Shown piece after piece: positions 49,695-55,034 of a DNA stretch of 55,034 nucleotides. The notes under the pieces were generated by a model that saw only the letters and a program-made list of their open reading frames with translations, had not been told where the DNA came from and did not search any database. The position numbers were made by a program, and so were the translations under genes. The stretch lies in the NCBI GenBank assembly GCA_046075565.1, contig JBJTQJ010000043.1:1-55034 (forward strand), given 5' to 3'. The first letter of the stretch is position 1, and each line of letters begins with the position of its first letter. This DNA comes from Verrucomicrobiales bacterium (GTDB taxonomy: Bacteria; Verrucomicrobiota; Verrucomicrobiia; Verrucomicrobiales; SLCJ01).

Positions 49695-51515
49695 TCATGC
49701 GGTTTCTTTCCTCCGGTTGGTGGAGGGGAAACAAGCACCGACGGCCATGGTAACGAGGCTCCCGACCATGATCCGCCAGGTGAAGGCGAGGACTGGCAGC
49801 TTGTCCGATTGGAACCACGGGCGATGGGCATTGGAGTGAGTCCATGCGGCGGCGACTTCCTCAGGACCGAGTCGGGTTTTTTTGGAGAGTCCGGTGATTT
49901 GGGCATCCGTGAGGACCATTTCAGGACCGGTGAAGGAAGGGAAAGCCAGCCGCTCGCCATGGAAATCGGCCTTGGCCTCGGCCGCCCGGAGTTCGACGAC
50001 GGCCTTGCGCACGCGAGCCTCTTTTTCCAGGAAAATGTCGTGGAGGTCGTTGTGAGCGCCGCTCAGGATGCCAACGGCAATGAATCCGCTGGCCATGGCG
50101 ATGAGGTTCCCCCGGCAGTTGCCGCGGGTTTTTGTTAGCATCCCGAGCAGGAAGACCCCAAGCAGCGAACCGTAGGTGTAGCCGAAGCTTCCGAGCACGA
50201 TCGGAATGATGCGCAGATCCGGATTGGCGAGTTTGAGGGCGGCGGTGCCAATGCCCACGGCGGCCAGCACGATGGCAAATCCGACAGTGCTCCAGCGCGC
50301 GACCACAAGCTGCTCCTTTTCGCTCGCGCTCGGTTTCCACAAACCGAGATACCAGTCGCGGGTGAAACTGGTGGCCAAGGCATTCAGTGCGGTCGAGAGC
50401 GAACCCATGGCGGTGGCGAAGAGCCCGGCCGTAAGCAATCCGCGCAATCCGGGGCTCAGGTCATGAATGATGAACCACGGGAAGGCATCCTTTCCGGCCG
50501 GCAGGCCACCGGGATCCACTTTCGTGAAATACAAATGCAGCATGATCCCGATGGTGAGAAAACCGAGCACGATGGGCAAATCCACCAAACCGGATCCGAT
50601 CACGGCCCAACGGCTCTTGCGTTGATCGGTAGCGGTCAACATTCGCTGGACCATGTCTTGGTCGGTGCCATGGGTGGCCATGGTTGTGAAGACCGAACCC
50701 AAAAAAGCAGCCCAGACGGTGTATTCGCTCGATAGGATATTCTTCACATGCGGCCAGAGTCCTGCCGCCATGCCGCCGTCGGCATTTTTCGCAAATCCGA
50801 AGTCCCAGAAGATCGGCTGCCGGAGCACGCTGCCGATGGCATCGGCTCCGCCGGTTTTTCCCCATAGCCAGAAGAAGACATAAGCGGCTGCACTGAACAT
50901 GAGGGTGATTTGGATCAGATCCGTCCACACCACGGCCTTGATGCCGCCCAGTGCCGTGTAAAGCGTCGTCAATGCGGTCACCCCGATCACCGCCCAGAAA
51001 TAAAACCAGAACAAGGTGGCGCGATCGCCGGACACCAGCGGATCCAATTTCAGGCCGTGCATGGCTTCATAGGCGAGCACGATGAGAATGGCCGCGACGT
51101 AGAGCCGCGAACCACTGGCCAGCGAACGCGTGAGCAAGAAAACAAAACTCGCCAGACGTTTCGTGAGGATGCCGAAGCGGTGCTCGAGATATTCATAGAT
51201 GGAAACCACCTTCATCTCGTAAAACGGGCGGATAAATACACCCGCCACAATCAAACGTGCGAGGATCGTGCCGATAACCAGCAACGCGTAGGTGTAGGCC
51301 AGCTTCTTATACCCCTCGTCGGGGGCACCGAGAAAGGTTGCCGCCGAAATCTCCGCTGCGAGGATGGACGCGAGCACCGCCCACCACGGCATGCTGCGGT
51401 TGCCGAGCGCGAAGGTCTCCATGCTTTTCTGCCCGCGCGCGGCATACAATCCGATGCCAATGATGACGACGAAATAGGTGATGATGACAATGATGTCGAG
51501 CAGGTATTCGGACAT
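49695..51515 (-). CDS. Sodium:solute symporter (SSS) family protein
   Basis: MPWWAV, AAEISAATFLG, GGIKAVVWTD, GTDQDMVQR. Confidence 0.93.
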   Translation of the reverse strand: MSEYLLDIIVIITYFVVIIGIGLYAARGQKSMETFALGNRSMPWWAVLASILAAEISAATFLGAPDEGYKKLAYTYALLVIGTILARLIVAGVFIRPFYEMKVVSIYEYLEHRFGILTKRLASFVFLLTRSLASGSRLYVAAILIVLAYEAMHGLKLDPLVSGDRATLFWFYFWAVIGVTALTTLYTALGGIKAVVWTDLIQITLMFSAAAYVFFWLWGKTGGADAIGSVLRQPIFWDFGFAKNADGGMAAGLWPHVKNILSSEYTVWAAFLGSVFTTMATHGTDQDMVQRMLTATDQRKSRWAVIGSGLVDLPIVLGFLTIGIMLHLYFTKVDPGGLPAGKDAFPWFIIHDLSPGLRGLLTAGLFATAMGSLSTALNALATSFTRDWYLGLWKPSASEKEQLVVARWSTVGFAIVLAAVGIGTAALKLANPDLRIIPIVLGSFGYTYGSLLGVFLLGMLTKTRGNCRGNLIAMASGFIAVGILSGAHNDLHDIFLEKEARVRKAVVELRAAEAKADFHGERLAFPSFTGPEMVLTDAQITGLSKKTRLGPEEVAAAWTHSNAHRPWFQSDKLPVLAFTWRIMVGSLVTMAVGACFPSTNRRKETA

Positions 51516-51623
51516 GACCGCCAGAATGCGCGAATCTGCCCCATCCGGCAACCCCAACCTTTTCGTCTTGCGAAATCCGTGCCCTGACTTGCCCGGCGGT
51601 CAGAGCCGCGCCAAATTCCGACC

Positions 51624-52199
51624 ATGACCAACATCGGATTCAAGGAATGGCTTGGCGTCTGCACTCACCTCGGCGCGGGCACGAGCAGCCTACTCCTGCG
51701 AAAAGGCGGCATCCACGAGGGCCGCGACGGATTTTCCTTCAAACACGAACGTTTTTTCCTTTTCCCGACGGGATTCCATGAAGCCGCCGAAGGTCTCACG
51801 GCTCCCGCGCCTTTCAGCGAACTCCTTCCGGCGACTGAGGAAAATGGCGTTTCCATCCGGCATTTCGCCGTCGCCGACTGGGCCGTGCTGCTCCGCGACC
51901 GGGAAATCATCGAAGCGCTGGCCCCGCACCATCTCTGGACCCCGCAAGTTGTCTGGGACCGTTACAGCTACAGCGAAAAACTCGAAGCCGACTGCATCTC
52001 CGTCGCCTTCGTTCGTGTTTATGAGCTGCCAGCCATCTGGTCATTCCCCTATCAGCCGAAATTCGGAGGCTGCCGGTCCTGGGTTGACCTGCCCGAGCCG
52101 CCCGCCAATTGGGAAAAAGAGATGCGCCCGGTGATCTCGGATGAGGAGCATGCCGCGCGGGCGACGGCACTTGCTGCCACTATCGGAAAGGTCGTGTAG
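51624..52199 (+). CDS. DUF1802 family protein
   Basis: FKEW, LLRKGGIHE, FFLFPT..H, GGCRSWV. Confidence 0.9.
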   Translation: MTNIGFKEWLGVCTHLGAGTSSLLLRKGGIHEGRDGFSFKHERFFLFPTGFHEAAEGLTAPAPFSELLPATEENGVSIRHFAVADWAVLLRDREIIEALAPHHLWTPQVVWDRYSYSEKLEADCISVAFVRVYELPAIWSFPYQPKFGGCRSWVDLPEPPANWEKEMRPVISDEEHAARATALAATIGKVV

Positions 52200-52228
52200 A
52201 TCCCGATTCGCGAACGCCGCCTGTTCCT

Positions 52229-52378
52229 CTGGAGTGTGCCACAGGCATCCTGCCTGTGGCCCCACACCGTGGAGTTGCCATCTTCCCCATTGAGGGAACG
52301 GGCAAGATGCCCGTTCTCCTTTTCCTTCTTCCGCGCGGCTCACCGGCTCTTGCCGTAGTGGCACCGCTTCCGGTGCCG
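52229..52378. repeat. REPIN (CTGGAGTGTGCC family) plus GTAG REP
   Basis: CCACAGGCATCCTGCCTGTGG and GAACGGGCAAGATGCCCGTTC arms; GTAGTGGCACCGCTTCCGGTGCCG at 52355-52378. Confidence 0.75.
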
Positions 52379-52493
52379 GGTGGTGGAGCCGCCACGCTTG
52401 GTCACTTGCGATTGCCCCGCGAGCTCACGGACCGCTGGGGACAGCGGTCCCTGCATGTCGAATGTTTGGGGCCGTCAGAACTCCAGAAGCACT

Positions 52494-52757
52494 CTAGCCT
52501 TCATGCCCAGCGACCAATTTCCCCGCGTCGGGTGTGAGAACGGGGATGCCGTCGAAGACAGGATACCATGTCGCGGGATCGGTAGTGGTGCGCCAGGCCT
52601 CACTCCACGGATAGGTGAGTTTCGTTCCATCACCGAGCACGACGGGCATTTGGCCTTCCATGGCGCGGTTGAAAGCGGACAACTCTTCCGTCGTGGCAGG
52701 ACGCAACGGCGAGGCGGTAAGCGGACAACGGAAAATTTCGTGGGGAAACGGGTCCAT
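52494..52757 (-). CDS. Trm112-like protein
   Basis: IFRCPLT..L and WYPVFDGIPVL. Confidence 0.75.
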   Translation of the reverse strand: MDPFPHEIFRCPLTASPLRPATTEELSAFNRAMEGQMPVVLGDGTKLTYPWSEAWRTTTDPATWYPVFDGIPVLTPDAGKLVAGHEG

Positions 52758-52766
52758 CGGGCGGGA

Positions 52767-53708
52767 TCAGGTGGCGGGGGCGAGGCGGCGGAGAATGAGG
52801 GCGAGCGCGAAGGCGGAAAGGGGGATGGCGAGCAACGCCGGTTGCACCAGCCATGATGGCGCGAGCAGGATGGTATCGACGAGCGCGAGTCCGGGCAGGG
52901 AGCGTCCTACGAAAGTGGCGGTGGACTTGGCGGCGCTGGCGAACCAGACCCAGCCCAGACCTAACGAACCGGCAATACCCGCGATAGCGCCCGCCTGCCA
53001 ACCGCTCGCTTCGGTATCGCCGAGGAAAAACCAGAGCAAGTAAGCGATGGGAACGAAGAAGGGGAGCGAGAGTAGAAGGCGCGCGATGGCCATGGCTACA
53101 GGCCGCGGGTTCTCCGTCGATTCGCCCCGGGCGGCCAGCGAGATGCCGAGGGTATAACAGAAGACGAGCCCGGCAGCGCCGCCGAGCAACCAACCCGTGC
53201 GATTGAGTTCCTTGCCCCATTCGGTGATTGCGCCGGCCGCGCCGAGCGCGACGAGCAAAGCGCGGCAGAGAGCCATGAAGACGATACCGGAGGCACTGCG
53301 TTTGTGTAATAGAGTATAAATCCACACTCCAATGGCGATGGCGGTGGCGGCGGCGAGGGCGTGTTTGCCAGCGGGGATGGCGGCGGCGAGTCCGCCCAGT
53401 CCGGCCAGCAGGCCGAGATTGAGCACGGTGTCCCGTTTCCAGCGTCCGGAGGGAATAGCGCGTTCCGGTCGGTGGCGGATGTCCCATTCGGCATCGAAGG
53501 CATCGTTGATGAATGTCCCGTGCAAATAGAGCAAGGTGCCCGAGAGCATCAGCCAGAAGAGCATCTCCGGGCGGAAGGGCAATTCGAGGCTGGTATCAGC
53601 CAGCGCGGCGCGGGCGAGCCCGAGGGCAAGCAGATGGGAAACAGCAACCGTGCTCCAGACCGTGGGCAGGTTGGGCAATCGGGCGAAGGCGGCGAGATCG
53701 CGGAGCAT
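52767..53708 (-). CDS. UbiA-family prenyltransferase (EboC-like)
   Basis: ARLPNLPTVWS, NDAFDAEWD..RPERAIPSG, multiple TMs. Confidence 0.88.
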   Translation of the reverse strand: MLRDLAAFARLPNLPTVWSTVAVSHLLALGLARAALADTSLELPFRPEMLFWLMLSGTLLYLHGTFINDAFDAEWDIRHRPERAIPSGRWKRDTVLNLGLLAGLGGLAAAIPAGKHALAAATAIAIGVWIYTLLHKRSASGIVFMALCRALLVALGAAGAITEWGKELNRTGWLLGGAAGLVFCYTLGISLAARGESTENPRPVAMAIARLLLSLPFFVPIAYLLWFFLGDTEASGWQAGAIAGIAGSLGLGWVWFASAAKSTATFVGRSLPGLALVDTILLAPSWLVQPALLAIPLSAFALALILRRLAPAT

Positions 53709-53717
53709 GGACAGCTT

Positions 53718-54770
53718 TCAGGAGATACCGCGCATGGCCCGGCGGAATTCGGTGGCATTCGCACTCGCTTGTTCGGCCACCGCTTGATCAATGGTTCCCT
53801 CTTGCGCGGCCTCGACCAAGGAAGCGAGGAAGGATCGATTGCCCGGCACGGCGGCCTTGCGCAAGTGGTCGGTGATTTCCGGCAAGGCGGTCGCGCGGAT
53901 CCAATCGCGCGTCGCGCCTTCGTTATGTAAATGTTCGACCACCACCCGGAGTCCGCCATGGGTTGCCGGCAATAGTTTCTGCGAGAGGATGCCGATCAAT
54001 TGCGAGGAGAGCAACAACAGGGCCGATGCGCGTTCTTCCGGCGGGAAAAGATTGGTCAGTCGTTCAAGCGTGTCGGTAACCGACGAACTATGCAGCGTCG
54101 AAAGAACGAGGTGACCGGTTTCCGCGGCCTGGAGCGCGGTGGTGGCGGTTTCGCTATCTCGGATTTCCCCGACGAGAATCACATCCGGGCTTTGCCGCAG
54201 CGACGCGCGCAATCCTTTGGCGAAGGATGTGGTGTCCACATGCACTTCACGCTGGGAGAAAAACGAGAGTTTGTTCTCGAACAGATACTCGACCGGATCC
54301 TCAATGGTCACGATGTGGCGGTCGGAATGGGCATTGAGCCAATCGAGGCAGGAGGCGAGAGTGGTGGACTTGCCCGAGCCGGTTGCACCCGTCACGAGCA
54401 CGAGACCGGATGGCTGGAGCATCCAACTTTGCAAGAGTTCGGCCGGTAACCCGAGCTCGCCAAGCTGCGGAATGTGGCTCTTGATGTGCCGAAGCACGGC
54501 GGCCGGTCGACCAAGATGACGGTAAAGATTCACCCGGAATCTGTTTCCGTCCGCATCGACATGGCTTGTGTCGTGGTCGGTGGTATTTGCCGGGTCCGCG
54601 CCGAGCTGACGCCAGAAGGCGAGCATGGTTTCTTCTGAAAGAGGCGATTCCCCGAGGGTGGCGATGCTGCCGCCCACGCGGATCCGCGGCACTTCCCCGG
54701 CGCTGAGGAAAAGATCCGAAGCACCGTGGGTGGCGGCGCTGGATGTGAGGGCGCTGATTTCACTGGTCAT
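53718..54770 (-). CDS. pilT: PilT/PilU-family type IV pilus ATPase
   Basis: GASDL, RFRVN, GATGSGKSTT, TIEDPVE, LRQSPDVILVGEIRD, AAETGHLVLSTLH. Confidence 0.9.
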   Translation of the reverse strand: MTSEISALTSSAATHGASDLFLSAGEVPRIRVGGSIATLGESPLSEETMLAFWRQLGADPANTTDHDTSHVDADGNRFRVNLYRHLGRPAAVLRHIKSHIPQLGELGLPAELLQSWMLQPSGLVLVTGATGSGKSTTLASCLDWLNAHSDRHIVTIEDPVEYLFENKLSFFSQREVHVDTTSFAKGLRASLRQSPDVILVGEIRDSETATTALQAAETGHLVLSTLHSSSVTDTLERLTNLFPPEERASALLLLSSQLIGILSQKLLPATHGGLRVVVEHLHNEGATRDWIRATALPEITDHLRKAAVPGNRSFLASLVEAAQEGTIDQAVAEQASANATEFRRAMRGIS

Positions 54771-54824
54771 TCCGGCAATGTTGGCAGGGATGCCGGGCAG
54801 AGTCCAGCCCGCATTTCGGGGTGT

Positions 54825-54935
54825 CTCTGGAGTGTGCCACCGGCATCTTGCCGGTGGTTGTGTGAGAAGCGATGGGGGAGGTGGTTGCTCTATGCCATGG
54901 GGCCACAGGCAGGATGCCTGTGGTACATTCCAGAG
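54825..54935. repeat. REPIN (CTGGAGTGTGCC family)
   Basis: CTCTGGAGTGTGCCACCGGCATCTTGCCGGTGG ... CCACAGGCAGGATGCCTGTGGTACATTCCAGAG inverted arms. Confidence 0.8.
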
Positions 54936-54962
54936 GCGGAGGGAGGAGTTCGCACGCTTGTT

Positions 54963-55034
54963 CTACCCAGCAGCTTCCTCCGCCAGCACGCAGGCGAAAG
55001 TCAGTGGGACGACGATGGTGGCGTCGGATTCGAT
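54963..55034 (-). CDS. 3' end of a probable deoxyhypusine synthase-family protein (partial)
   Basis: Minus strand reads IESDATIVVPLTFACVLAEEAAG*; SDATI..PL is the DHS C-terminal motif. Confidence 0.6.
   Translation of the reverse strand: MESDATIVVPLTFACVLAEEAAG

Overview
High-GC bacterial chromosomal window. The gene content (PSD1/DUF1549/DUF1553 plus DUF1501 pair, sulfatases, MoxR-DUF58-BatA operon, RpoD-type sigma without region 1.1) points to the PVC superphylum, most likely Verrucomicrobiota (inference). Most of the ~45 CDS are housekeeping or metabolic: RlmB-like, MoeB-rhodanese, a bacterial Nav channel, metX, rlmI-like, hisH, dnaB, katG, thiE, accBC, pilT and others. The most notable features are: (1) a ~4 kb integron-cassette array with no integrase in the window (CALIN, ~11980-16023), with five attC-like sites, matched R'/R'' cassette ends, decayed GTT cores, and ORFs that read into attC to gain peptide tails; (2) a sigma70 factor carrying a C-terminal acidic patch and a ~115 aa histone-H1-like Ala/Lys/Pro tail; (3) a pseudokinase-TM-TPR protein; (4) a 3.9 kb AraC/oxidoreductase/aldolase islet flanked by a diverged ~250-275 bp direct repeat that includes the 3' end of thiE; (5) an orphan, diverged YaaA/DpdC-like protein; (6) repeated leaderless-type promoter geometry; (7) several REP/REPIN families. 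No tRNA, rRNA, CRISPR array, integrase or transposase was seen.
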